From positions 1 to 64,000 of IMG/VR virus record IMGVR_UViG_3300046792_000213: DNA of 64,000 nt; one strand, given 5' to 3'. The number at the start of each line of letters is the position of its first letter. Positions within the stretch are counted from its first letter, which is position 1. Of this stretch, positions 53,093 through 61,901 are shown in pieces. The translations under genes and the position numbers were made by a program. The notes below the pieces were generated by a model. It was not told the origin of the DNA, made no database searches, and was given only the letters and a program-made list of their open reading frames with translations. Source of the stretch: a virus.

Positions 53093-53377
53093 TCATCCGT
53101 GCAGGCGCCAGGCCGAGTAGGGCTCTGGTAGCGGTTCCTTGCCGCGCCCGGAGTCGAAGGGGCGGCGAAGGGTCCATTGGTGGCCGCAGTTGCCGCAGAC
53201 GGCTCGGACTCGGACCGGGTCGCCGTGGCGCAGCTCGAAGTGCTGAACGGCCGGGTGGACGGTTCCGTCCGGGTCGACGGCGGCTTGCCCCCAGTCGAGG
53301 TAGCCGTCGATGTCCTCGGCGAGACTGACCGGGCTGCCGCACTTGGTACACGGGAGCGGGCGGGGCTCGGTGGTCAC
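53093..53377 (-). CDS. Zinc-ribbon protein
   Basis: CTKCG...CGNCGHQW. Confidence 0.55.
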   Translation of the reverse strand: MTTEPRPLPCTKCGSPVSLAEDIDGYLDWGQAAVDPDGTVHPAVQHFELRHGDPVRVRAVCGNCGHQWTLRRPFDSGRGKEPLPEPYSAWRLHG

Positions 53378-53799
53378 GGTCCCTCCTTGGCGTTTGCGCC
53401 CATGTCGGTGGTGGTGGCCGCGAACTCCGCGGCGAGCGACGGGTGCGTGAACCGGATCGGCTTGCCCAGCTCCCGGGCGTAGGCGATCTCGCTGCGGGTG
53501 GAGTCCCCCGCGTAGTCGCCGACGACCAGCACCTCGTCGGCCAGCCGGATCTTCGCCCGGTGCAGCTCGTCCAGGTCCACCTTCACGGCGGCGGCGTCCG
53601 CGTAGCCGGCCCCGGGGCGCTTCATGTCAACGTCCGGGCGGACGACGATCCGCCCGTTCAGGGTCTCGGCCCATGCGGCGTCGGCCATCTCCTGCCAGAA
53701 ACGGGTGGACCCGCAGATCACGGTGATGCGGGGGATCGACAGGCGGCGCTTCGCGTCGGCGAGCTTCTCTTCCGGGCTGAGCAGTTCGGGGTACGACAT
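53374..53799 (-). CDS. Nucleoside 2-deoxyribosyltransferase-like protein
   Basis: ITVICGSTRF...KIRLADEVLVV..YAGDSTRSEIAYARELGKPI. Confidence 0.65.
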   Translation of the reverse strand: MSYPELLSPEEKLADAKRRLSIPRITVICGSTRFWQEMADAAWAETLNGRIVVRPDVDMKRPGAGYADAAAVKVDLDELHRAKIRLADEVLVVGDYAGDSTRSEIAYARELGKPIRFTHPSLAAEFAATTTDMGANAKEGP

Positions 53800-54086
53800 C
53801 AGGACTCCTTCGGGGTGGTGGTGATGCGGGCCGGGCAGAACGTGGCGCCGATGCCGTCGGCGAGGCTGAGCCACATGAACTCGCCCTGGGTGCGGTCCCG
53901 GTTGGTGCGGAACAGGCAGTCGGCGTACTCGGGGTGGCCCATTTCGGTGAGGACCGGTGTCAGGTACGGGATGGCGTACTCGGCAACCGTGCGGTGGAAG
54001 ACGTTCCGGTCGTCGGCGTCCAGCGTCAGCGGCGGCACCGGGTGGGTGTCACCGACCTTGCCGAACTCAATGCGGTAGGTGGTCAC
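53799..54086 (-). CDS. Hypothetical protein
   Basis: AAGGAG RBS; YRIEFG. Confidence 0.5.
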   Translation of the reverse strand: MTTYRIEFGKVGDTHPVPPLTLDADDRNVFHRTVAEYAIPYLTPVLTEMGHPEYADCLFRTNRDRTQGEFMWLSLADGIGATFCPARITTTPKES

Positions 54087-54163
54087 GGGTGCTCCTTGGT
54101 GGTCGGGTACGGTCCGGGGTGGCACCCCCGCCTGTTACGAGCAGGCGGGGGTGTCGTGCGGGG

Positions 54164-54532
54164 TCATGCGGCGGCGGGTTCGTTGTCGTCTTCGTCGTCG
54201 GGCTGCGGGTGGTCGAACGCGCGTCCTTGGTCGTCCGGGTGGAGCGTCCGGTAGCAGGCGGCGCAGAGTTGGTCGTCGATGAAGCGCCAGGTAAAGCCGT
54301 GACGGGCGTCGGCGTTCGGGGCATACGGGAAGGTGTGCTGTCCGCAGCGGGTGATGGTTGGTGTACCGAGTAGGCCGGCGAGGGCCTGACCGCTGCCGTC
54401 CATCGGGATGGCCTCGTCCGGCTCGACCGTTGGGCCGGGGTCGGGGGGAAGTACCAGCAGGTGCACGGTGCCTGTGCCGATCGTCCGGATGAACCGAATG
54501 TCAGCGCCTGCGGGAAGTCGTTCGGCCATCAC
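54164..54532 (-). CDS. Hypothetical protein
   Basis: H...CG...CAAC; coupled. Confidence 0.45.
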   Translation of the reverse strand: MMAERLPAGADIRFIRTIGTGTVHLLVLPPDPGPTVEPDEAIPMDGSGQALAGLLGTPTITRCGQHTFPYAPNADARHGFTWRFIDDQLCAACYRTLHPDDQGRAFDHPQPDDEDDNEPAAA

Positions 54533-54789
54533 GCGCCCCTATTGACGGCGAGCCAGTCCCTGCCGGCCGGGGTGACTTTGACGGGCGTGTCGGGGCCGCC
54601 GTCCCCGACGTCGATGAGTCCCTGGTTGTCGAGTGGCCAGAAGGTGCGGCCGTTGAAGACGTGGTTGGTGTGCGGGTGCTGGTAGCGGGCTCGGGGCTGG
54701 AGCTTGAAGACCACGCCGTCGCCGGCGTCGTGGTCGGCGATCTGGCGGAGGAGCTTGATGGCGGTCGGGGTGAGGTTGATCTCGGTCAT
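54529..54789 (-). CDS. Small winged-helix-like protein
   Basis: LDNQGLI...VKVTPAGRDWL. Confidence 0.5.
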   Translation of the reverse strand: MTEINLTPTAIKLLRQIADHDAGDGVVFKLQPRARYQHPHTNHVFNGRTFWPLDNQGLIDVGDGGPDTPVKVTPAGRDWLAVNRGA

Positions 54790-54946
54790 TTCGGGTCTCC
54801 GTTCGGGTTGTCGGTTGATCGGATGGGCTGTGCGCCTCGCTGCCGCTCTCCCGTGTCGGGCTCCGGTTCCCCGCCGGACCCCTGCGAGGCGGCGAGAGGG
54901 CCCGTCAGGCGCGTTCTCGGGCCTGTTCCGGTGAACCCGTCCGGCC

Positions 54947-55252
54947 TCACCGCGCACCACCCGGGGCGGCAGGGGTGCCGTCGGCGTTCCGCACCAGCCG
55001 GTAGCCGGTCCGGCGCGTCGGGTCGTCGTGGAGCAGGCGGGCGGCGATCTGGCGGCGGCGGTCCAGGAACTCCCGCCCGTCGCGGCTGCGGTGAACCGTG
55101 GCGACGAGCACCTTGCTGTCCTCGAACAGCCCCGGGTGGAGCACGCGGATGCGGATGTAGTGCTCGCCGGACTTGGAGCGCGAGGGCGCGCACGCCACGT
55201 ACTCCTGATCGAGCTCCACGGCGGGTTCGGGCGGCTCGGGCGGCTTGTTCAC
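54947..55252 (-). CDS. Hypothetical protein
   Basis: GGAGG RBS plus GTG. Confidence 0.4.
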   Translation of the reverse strand: MNKPPEPPEPAVELDQEYVACAPSRSKSGEHYIRIRVLHPGLFEDSKVLVATVHRSRDGREFLDRRRQIAARLLHDDPTRRTGYRLVRNADGTPAAPGGAR

Positions 55253-55321
55253 TGGTTCCTCCGGGTTGAGGTCGGACGGTTGCTGGCGGCGATCCGTGCA
55301 GGTCACCGGGTTAGGCGGGGG

Positions 55322-56245
55322 TCAGGCGGCGGGGTTCGGGTTCCCGAAGTCGAGGTGGGTTTGACCGAGGCGGTTCCGCAGCGCCAGGTCGTGACACGCC
55401 GGGTCGAGGTCGACTCCGACGTACTTCCGGTCGAGCCGGAGCGCCGCAGCCCCAGTGGTGCCCGAGCCGGAGAACGGGTCCAGAACCACGCCGCCAGGCT
55501 TGCAGCCAGCCTTGATGCAGCGCTCCGGCACATCAATCGGAAAGGTGGCGAAGTGCTCGACCCTCCCGGACTTGTTGGGCCGGTTCGCCAGCGACCAGAC
55601 GTCACCCGGGTTCCGCCCCATGGGGTGCGACCGGACGTGCGCGCCACCGAGGGCGTCCAGTCCGTCCTGCTTGCCGTTGGTCCACGGCTTGGCTTCCCGA
55701 TACAGGCCTTGTGCTGCTGGTGCTGCCGCGCGCTGCTGGTACTTAGCGGTGAACTCGCTGATCGGCTCACGGATCGGGTCAAGGTCGAACAGGTACCGTT
55801 CCGACTTGGCCAGCAGGATCACGTGCTCGTAGCGGCTGGACAGTCGGTCTTTGTGCGGCTCCGGCATGGCGTTGGTCTGGTGCCAGATCACGTCGTTCCT
55901 GACGATCCAGCCGTCGTCTTGGAGGGCGATGGCAACCCGGCTTGGGATGAGCTGGAGCTGTTTGCTTGATCCGTAGCTGTCGCCGAGGTTGATCCAGCAG
56001 GTGCCGTCGATGGCGAGGACCCGGCGTGCCTCGTGGAAGACGGCGGTCATGGTGGCCACGTACTCAGCGCGAGTGGCCTCCCACCCGTATTGGCCTTGGA
56101 TGCCGTAGTCGCGCTGCTTCCAGTAGGGCGGGCTGGTGACGATGCAGTCGACCGACGACTCCGGCATCGAGCGCAGGACGTCGAGGGTGTCGCCGAGGAG
56201 CAGCGTCACCTGATCGTCGCGGTAGTGCTCGGTGGGCGCGGTCAC
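55322..56245 (-). CDS. Orphan DNA methyltransferase, beta class (N4-C/N6-A)
   Basis: DCIVTSPPY before HFATFP and VLDPFSGSGTT. Confidence 0.9.
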   Translation of the reverse strand: MTAPTEHYRDDQVTLLLGDTLDVLRSMPESSVDCIVTSPPYWKQRDYGIQGQYGWEATRAEYVATMTAVFHEARRVLAIDGTCWINLGDSYGSSKQLQLIPSRVAIALQDDGWIVRNDVIWHQTNAMPEPHKDRLSSRYEHVILLAKSERYLFDLDPIREPISEFTAKYQQRAAAPAAQGLYREAKPWTNGKQDGLDALGGAHVRSHPMGRNPGDVWSLANRPNKSGRVEHFATFPIDVPERCIKAGCKPGGVVLDPFSGSGTTGAAALRLDRKYVGVDLDPACHDLALRNRLGQTHLDFGNPNPAA

Positions 56246-56409
56246 TGCTGGCCTCGGTTCGGGTAGGCGCGGGTGAACCATTTGCAGCCGGTGCACAGCC
56301 AGGCCGGGGCGCTGGTGCAGCCGTCGCTGTACGCGGGGTCGTAATCGAAGGTGTGGCTGCCGCATTCGGGGCAGGTGTCGGGCCGGTCGTCCGGCGCGGG
56401 GGCGCTCAC
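56242..56409 (-). CDS. Small zinc-ribbon protein
   Basis: CPECGS...CTGC; coupled. Confidence 0.45.
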   Translation of the reverse strand: MSAPAPDDRPDTCPECGSHTFDYDPAYSDGCTSAPAWLCTGCKWFTRAYPNRGQQ

Positions 56410-56612
56410 TGCCCGGCCTTGACCGCGGCGCGGAGGCGCTTGAACAGGTCGGCGGCCTCCTGCGGGTAGTGGTCTTCGCCGTCGTCCTCGCTGCACTCGA
56501 TGCCTTTGTGCAGGTCGTAGTCGAGGAGGGCGAGGTACTTGCGGAGGGCGGTCTCCACCTGCTGGGCCGTCACGGTCACGGTCTCGGGGGTCGGTTCGGG
56601 CTGGGCGGTCAC
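56406..56612 (-). CDS. Hypothetical protein
   Basis: GGAAGGA RBS. Confidence 0.5.
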   Translation of the reverse strand: MTAQPEPTPETVTVTAQQVETALRKYLALLDYDLHKGIECSEDDGEDHYPQEAADLFKRLRAAVKAGQ

Positions 56613-56814
56613 GGCGGGTCCTTCCGGTTCGGGTGCGGTGCGGGGGTCAGGCGGCGGTTTCGTCGGCGGCGGGCTGGTCGTAGGCGGTGGGCGCCCGGCG
56701 CTTCACGTCGAGGCAGACCGGGCAGTCGTCTTCGCCCTCGATGGGGACTTGGAGGGCGGCTCGGATGCGGGCGGCAAGGGTGTCGTCGTCGTTGCTCACG
56801 GCGTGCTCCTTCGG

Positions 56815-57078
56815 TCAGGCGGCGAGTGCGGCGGCGAGCGCGGCCCGGTTGGCGGCGGCCCGGTGGGGGCTGATGGGCTGCCGGTCCGGCTTGTATTCGC
56901 CGACACGGCCAGTGGGGTGGGCTTCGGCGTAGAGCCGGCTGAGGGCATCGGCGGCGGGAAGCCGCAGCGCACGCCGGGTGTTGGCGACGGTGGACCGATC
57001 GCAACCGAGGCGTTTCGCGATGCTCGCGTTCGTGTGGCCGGCGCGGATCAGGTCGGCTATGTCGGCACGGATCTTCAC
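56815..57078 (-). CDS. HTH protein
   Basis: GHTNASIAKRLGCDRSTVANTR. Confidence 0.65.
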   Translation of the reverse strand: MKIRADIADLIRAGHTNASIAKRLGCDRSTVANTRRALRLPAADALSRLYAEAHPTGRVGEYKPDRQPISPHRAAANRAALAAALAA

Positions 57079-57374
57079 GCTGCGGTCTCCTTCGCTTCGG
57101 TGAGGCGTTCGGGGTGGACGTGGCCGCCGTGGATTGCGTAGCCCGCGAGGTGGCAGGGCTGGCCGGGGGCGACCTGGCACGTAGGGCAGACGGCCGTGGC
57201 GCGCGCCCACGCTGTGATGCGGGACGGGTGCGGCTGGGGCATCAGGCGGCGCTTCGAGACGGTGGTGCAGGGGCGCCGCTCGCCGGCCCCGCAGTGAGGG
57301 CAGGCAACGGAACGGGCCGGGTGCTGCGGGGCGCGCAGCAGGTGGCGGATCGTGTCGGGCATTTCAGCGCCCAT
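57075..57374 (-). CDS. Tandem zinc-finger protein
   Basis: CPHCGA...C...HPSR and CPTC...C...HPER. Confidence 0.65.
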   Translation of the reverse strand: MGAEMPDTIRHLLRAPQHPARSVACPHCGAGERRPCTTVSKRRLMPQPHPSRITAWARATAVCPTCQVAPGQPCHLAGYAIHGGHVHPERLTEAKETAA

Positions 57375-58015
57375 CAGGACTCCTCGGTGTCGTCGGCGGT
57401 GGCGGGCTTGGGTGGAAGGGCGGCGAGGGCGGCGGCGGATGCGGCTTTGCGGCGCGCTATCTCGTCGGCTTCGCCGGTGGGGGCAGCGCCGTTCGCGGTG
57501 TCGATGCGGGACGGGTGGAACAGTGCGAGGCGGCGTCCGCCGTAGGAGCGGCAGGCGTGCAGGGGTTTGGCGTGGCAGTGCGGGCAGGCCACCCCGAGGG
57601 GGCCGCGGACGTTGCCGTCCTTGTCGGGCACGTGCTGGCCGACTCCGGACAGGAGCGCTTTCATGTCGCGGGGCTTGAGTTCCAGGCCGTCGGCGGCGCG
57701 GGTCCGCTGGTTTCGGACTGCGGCGAGGTACGCCTGCACGTCGTCGGGGTCGGCGTCTGGGACGGCGGCGGGGAGGCCTGGGCCTTGGATGTCGCGGGCG
57801 TTGTCGCCGCGGCGCTGCCGAATAACGCCGATGATCTCGGCGGGGCTGACGAACGGCTGACGGCGTGCCATCTCGGCGGCGGCGGAGCGGCATTCGAGGA
57901 GGGTGTAGTCGCCGAGGACGTCGTGCCAGGCGTCGGGGGTGTACTCGTCGAACTTCTGCTGGGGGCACAGTGCCCGGACGTACCGGGCGAGCATCACGGT
58001 CTCGTCGGGGCTCAT
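57374..58015 (-). CDS. Helicase loader/inhibitor-like protein with zinc finger
   Basis: Follows the initiator; DAWHDVLGDY...FVSPAEI; CPHC...HPSR. Confidence 0.6.
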   Translation of the reverse strand: MSPDETVMLARYVRALCPQQKFDEYTPDAWHDVLGDYTLLECRSAAAEMARRQPFVSPAEIIGVIRQRRGDNARDIQGPGLPAAVPDADPDDVQAYLAAVRNQRTRAADGLELKPRDMKALLSGVGQHVPDKDGNVRGPLGVACPHCHAKPLHACRSYGGRRLALFHPSRIDTANGAAPTGEADEIARRKAASAAALAALPPKPATADDTEES

Positions 58016-58992
58016 CCTGCGGTTCCTTCCTGCTGCATGCGGGCTTGGGCGCGCTGCATTGCGCGACCGAAGAGGTCGTCGGTCTCCTGCTGCTGGCGGT
58101 TGGTTGCCTGACGGAGCGGTACGACTTCGCCGTTGGAGTCGGCTGGGGTGTCGGCGAGGGATTCCCATCGGCCGATCCATGCGGTGACGCTGTCGGGTTC
58201 GCCTCGTCGCTCTGCGGCGAGGCTGGCGGAGCGGACCATGACGGGGATGCCGAGGCGGTCGACCTGGATGCGGATGCGCTCCCAGTCGGTGAACTTCTTG
58301 ATGTCCCATGCGACGGCGCCGAGGCCGGCTTCGGCGAGGGCGGTTCGGAGCGGCTGGAGTGCGTTGGGAACGCCGCCGGTTGCCGCCGGGTTGCTGCTGC
58401 TAGCAGCAGTTCTTCCGTAGGAAGAACTGGTAGGGGACGGGGCAGGGGACGGGGTGCCGTTATTAACGGCGTTACGAATCTCGCCGACCTGGGGTGATGC
58501 GTTTTTTGCGGGGGTGTCTTTTTTCGAGTTCGTGTCGTCTTCGTGTCGCGTTGCTGTCGCGTTCGTGTCGCTGGAGGGCTCCGAAGCGTGGTCCGTAACG
58601 CCGTTACGCATGGCGTCACGCACCGCCTTCTCCGCGGCAGCCTTCGCTTCCTTCTCGGCCTTCTTCCGGTCGCGCCACGCCTGCTGCCGGGCTGCGTTCG
58701 CCTCCCGTTCGGCCTGGACCTTGGCGCGGTCCGGGTTGTACTCCAGGAAGTCGTGGATGACCCAGCCGCCGGCGACCCGGTCCCACAGTTGCCTGTCTTC
58801 CAGTTCCTTGGCGGCCGTCTTGGCACCGCGGACGTGGGCGATGACGCGCAGCTCTGATTCGAGGATCTTGCCCTCGGTCAGATTCTCCGAGGCCCAGCAC
58901 AGCGCGGAGACGTGCAGCCGGAAGGCGCGGTCGGACAGCAGCGCCACCTTGCGGTGCGATGGAAAGCGGTCATCCAGGCGGACCCAGGGCAT
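58012..58992 (-). CDS. Phage replication initiator (replisome organiser)
   Basis: MPWVRLDDRFPSHRKV...GWVIHDFLEYNP...RQQAWR. Confidence 0.75.
   Translation of the reverse strand: MPWVRLDDRFPSHRKVALLSDRAFRLHVSALCWASENLTEGKILESELRVIAHVRGAKTAAKELEDRQLWDRVAGGWVIHDFLEYNPDRAKVQAEREANAARQQAWRDRKKAEKEAKAAAEKAVRDAMRNGVTDHASEPSSDTNATATRHEDDTNSKKDTPAKNASPQVGEIRNAVNNGTPSPAPSPTSSSYGRTAASSSNPAATGGVPNALQPLRTALAEAGLGAVAWDIKKFTDWERIRIQVDRLGIPVMVRSASLAAERRGEPDSVTAWIGRWESLADTPADSNGEVVPLRQATNRQQQETDDLFGRAMQRAQARMQQEGTAG
58455..58622. repeat. Putative replication origin (iterons plus T-tracts) inside the initiator gene
   Basis: Four tandem 11-mers 58528-58571, T6 tracts at 58502 and 58519, flanking TAACG/CGTTA palindromes. 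Confidence 0.55.
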
Positions 58993-59194
58993 CGGTTTCT
59001 TCCTTCGGAGGTGCTGGTCAGTGGGTCTTGGGCATGCGGAACCAGGCCTCTCAGGGCGGCTTCACTGATTGCTGCTGCGCCGCCTTGGCGTGTCTCCAGA
59101 CTACCTCAAGGTGCCCGTGCACCCGAGGGGCTTTCGAGGGGCACTTCGTAACGGCGGGGTGCCCAGCCGGTGCACGGTCAGCTACGCTGGCGGT

Positions 59195-59413
59195 ATGACG
59201 ACGAAGGGGACCCCTGGCCGTGTGATCCGCGTGGATGACGAGACCTGGGCGGCATACGGCGAGGCGTGCAAGGCCAAGGGGCTCGCGCGCGCTGCTGACC
59301 TGCGCGTCTACATCAACAAGGAGATCGCCGCGTACCGCCGTCGCACACGCGACGAGGCGGCGCACTGGAACGCCGGCGCAACCGAGCCGTATTCGCCGAC
59401 CTCCGACGACTGA
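59195..59413 (+). CDS. Ribbon-helix-helix (CopG-like) protein
   Basis: TPGRVIRVDDETWAAY...LRVYI; divergent from the initiator. Confidence 0.65.
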   Translation: MTTKGTPGRVIRVDDETWAAYGEACKAKGLARAADLRVYINKEIAAYRRRTRDEAAHWNAGATEPYSPTSDD

Positions 59414-59437
59414 CACGTCCCCCTCCTTCCTTCCCCT

Positions 59438-59460
59438 GGCCCCGCTTCGGCGGGGCTTTG
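59438..59460 (+). terminator. Intrinsic terminator after the RHH gene
   Basis: GCCCCGC-TTCG-GCGGGGC-TTT. Confidence 0.7.
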
Positions 59461-59639
59461 TGCTGTGCGGTGATCTTTGGTTCTGCGGTTGCGGCTTGGA
59501 ACCCTGTGCTGGCCCCCACTTCGCCCCGTTTGGTTTCCGCTGGTGGCGGGCTTGCGTGGTGCTGGAAGTGGGGTGAAGTGGGGTCGGCTGGGGCTTGACG
59601 CCAGCCCGGGCCGGGTGGTCAGCCCCGGGCCGGCGGGTG

Positions 59640-59951
59640 TCAGGTGGTGGTGGGCTGGCGTTCGGCGTCGATCCACGGCTGCGGGTCGAGGCCCAGGCCC
59701 TGAGCGGCCTCGCAGGGGTCTTCGGCGAGTTCGGGCATCTCGCCTTCGTCGGCGAGCATCTGCGCGAAGGCTTCGACGCCTTCGGGGTCGAGTTCGGCGA
59801 GGCGGACGAGGAGCTTGTGGGCGGCGTGCGCGGCGGCCGATCCGCTGGCGAGGGCCCACATGTCGCTGGGGTTGTCGGCTTTGCCGCAGCGGATGCCGAG
59901 GCGGATCGTGGTTTCGAGGGCGAAGCCGTGGAAGTCGTTGACGGCGCTCAT
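59640..59951 (-). CDS. Hypothetical protein
   Basis: AAGGA RBS, 103 aa. Confidence 0.5.
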   Translation of the reverse strand: MSAVNDFHGFALETTIRLGIRCGKADNPSDMWALASGSAAAHAAHKLLVRLAELDPEGVEAFAQMLADEGEMPELAEDPCEAAQGLGLDPQPWIDAERQPTTT

Positions 59952-60020
59952 GTCGTGTCCTTGTGTCGTGGGATGGTGGTTGCGGGGCGTGGCTACTACG
60001 GGTGGCCACGCCCCGTGGTC

Positions 60021-60434
60021 TCAGGTGGTGGTGACGGCGAGTTGCTGCTCGACGGCGGCGAGGACGTCGGCCGGCGGGGTCCAGAACTTCTGGAGCCCCT
60101 TGCAGGGCACCGGCTCGGGCAGGGCGATGACGTCGGCGAGGTCCCAGTGGTAGGCGAGGGGCAAGCCCCACAGTGCGCAGCACAGGGGTCCGGTGACGTT
60201 GGCCAGGTGGTGGCCGGTGATGGTGGCGGCGGCGAGGATTACGCCGCGCTGGTCGGGCCAGTCACCGCGGCAGAGGACGGCGCGCCGGTCGGCAGCCTTG
60301 CCAGCGTGGAGGAGGATCCGCTGCCCAATCAGGGCGACCGGGGGCCTCCAGGTGCGGTTCTCGGTGCGCTTCGGCTTGTCGCCGGGCTGCACGATCGCGT
60401 CGATCCACGGCTGCTGGATCGTCAGGGCCTTCAC
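60021..60434 (-). CDS. ASCH-domain protein
   Basis: KALTIQQPW...KRTENRTW...LLHAGK...PVPCKGLQKFW. Confidence 0.85.
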   Translation of the reverse strand: MKALTIQQPWIDAIVQPGDKPKRTENRTWRPPVALIGQRILLHAGKAADRRAVLCRGDWPDQRGVILAAATITGHHLANVTGPLCCALWGLPLAYHWDLADVIALPEPVPCKGLQKFWTPPADVLAAVEQQLAVTTT

Positions 60435-61462
60435 GCCGCGGCCTCCTTCTCGCCGGCGAGCTTCTTGAGGTGGGTCTCGTACTCGTCGGCCCACTGCTGC
60501 GGGTTGTGGCCGTGGCGCATGGCTTCGTCCCAGGCCCATTCGCCGATCTCGCCGGACTCCAGTTCCTCGTTGGTGCTGTCGAGGACGTTGCGCAGCAGGG
60601 TCGGGTCGGCCTTGGCGAGCGCTTCGGTGAGCCGGTAGGCGAGCCACGCTCGGCCGCCGGCGAGCGCGTAGGCGGCGAGGGCGGCGTGGTCGTTGGTGCT
60701 GGCCCTGAACAGGTCGCTGGTGGAGCGCAGTACCTGCTTGAGGAGGTCTTCGCGGTGCTGCCCGATGGCGTTGTCGCGCTCGTCGAGTTCGGTCGGCTCC
60801 CAGGTACTGAGGGTGTCGTCCATTTCGACCTTGTTGCCGTCGCCGAGGCTGTCGGCCCATTCGTCGTGGCGGCTGGCGGGGGATTCTTCGTCGGCGATGC
60901 GGCGGGGCATCTGGAGGCCGACGAAGTGGGGCGCGGTGATGAGCAGCGGCTTGTCGAACGCGGACTGCCAGGCGCAGACCTCGTGTCCGGCGGCTTCCCA
61001 GCGGGCGAGGAGCTTGGAGGTCAGACCGGTCCAGGGGGCTTCGCTCGGGGTGTTCTCCTTCGCGGTGCGGATGAGACCGCGCCAGTCGGGGAAGTCGCCG
61101 GCGTACACGGGGACGGTGAGGGTGCTGCACTGACCGGTGAGGGTGAGCGTGTTCCCGGTGGGGCTGAGGCTGGGGGTGAGGGTGATGGCTCGGTCGGCGT
61201 CCTGGGCGGTGAGCCAAGCGGTGACAGTGCCGAGCTGGTTGTCGAGGCTGGAGGCGTTGATGGTGAGCGCCCACGGGTCGCGGTTGTCGGTCTTGGTGCG
61301 GGCGACGGCGAGGGTGTAGCGGTCGGTGGCGGCGGCGTGGAGGTGGCGGCCGTCGTCGTCGAGGCGGACGCCCTGGATCGGGGCGTAGCCCATGTCGCGG
61401 CCGATGTGGGGGTCGACCTTCCGGAGGAGGCTGGAGAGCTGGTAGGCGGTCAGGGTGGTCAC
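60431..61462 (-). CDS. DNA polymerase III beta-clamp-like protein with helical C-terminal extension
   Basis: IQGVRL...AAATDRYTLA...GDFPDWRGLI...FVGLQMP. Confidence 0.7.
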   Translation of the reverse strand: MTTLTAYQLSSLLRKVDPHIGRDMGYAPIQGVRLDDDGRHLHAAATDRYTLAVARTKTDNRDPWALTINASSLDNQLGTVTAWLTAQDADRAITLTPSLSPTGNTLTLTGQCSTLTVPVYAGDFPDWRGLIRTAKENTPSEAPWTGLTSKLLARWEAAGHEVCAWQSAFDKPLLITAPHFVGLQMPRRIADEESPASRHDEWADSLGDGNKVEMDDTLSTWEPTELDERDNAIGQHREDLLKQVLRSTSDLFRASTNDHAALAAYALAGGRAWLAYRLTEALAKADPTLLRNVLDSTNEELESGEIGEWAWDEAMRHGHNPQQWADEYETHLKKLAGEKEAAA

Positions 61463-61650
61463 TGGATCTCCTTGATGATCGGTTCGGGTGCTTCGGGTCG
61501 GCTGGCGAGTGCGGCGGGCGTGTGCTGGACGCAGCGCCAGCCGGCGGCGTAGAGGCGGGCTTCGGCGCCGCAGACGGGGTGGCCTGTGTCGCAGTTGCCG
61601 GGGATGACTGGCGGCATGGCGGGGCGCACGGGCCGGGGCTCGGCGTTCAT
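61459..61650 (-). CDS. Small Cys/His protein
   Basis: C...C...ARLYAAGWRCVQHTP. Confidence 0.55.
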   Translation of the reverse strand: MNAEPRPVRPAMPPVIPGNCDTGHPVCGAEARLYAAGWRCVQHTPAALASRPEAPEPIIKEIQ

Positions 61651-61901
61651 GTGGCGTCCCGGGCGGGTGCGGGTTCGACGCTGGCGGGGTTGATGTAGCC
61701 GTAGCGGATGCCGAGGGCGACGGCATGCGCCCGGTCGTTGGCGCCGATGGCCCTGTAGATGACCTGCAGGTGGCAGTTGATGGCGTTGCCGGTGTGGCCA
61801 TACCGGGCGCCGATCTGGGCGTTGGTGTGGCCGTTCGCGGCGAGGTTGAGGATCTTGATCCGCCACTCGGTCATGGCGTGGCTGAGGGTGGGGGCGCTCA
61901 T
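61647..61901 (-). CDS. LuxR-type HTH protein
   Basis: ILNLAANGHTNAQIG...IYRAIGANDRAHAVA. Confidence 0.8.
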   Translation of the reverse strand: MSAPTLSHAMTEWRIKILNLAANGHTNAQIGARYGHTGNAINCHLQVIYRAIGANDRAHAVALGIRYGYINPASVEPAPARDAT

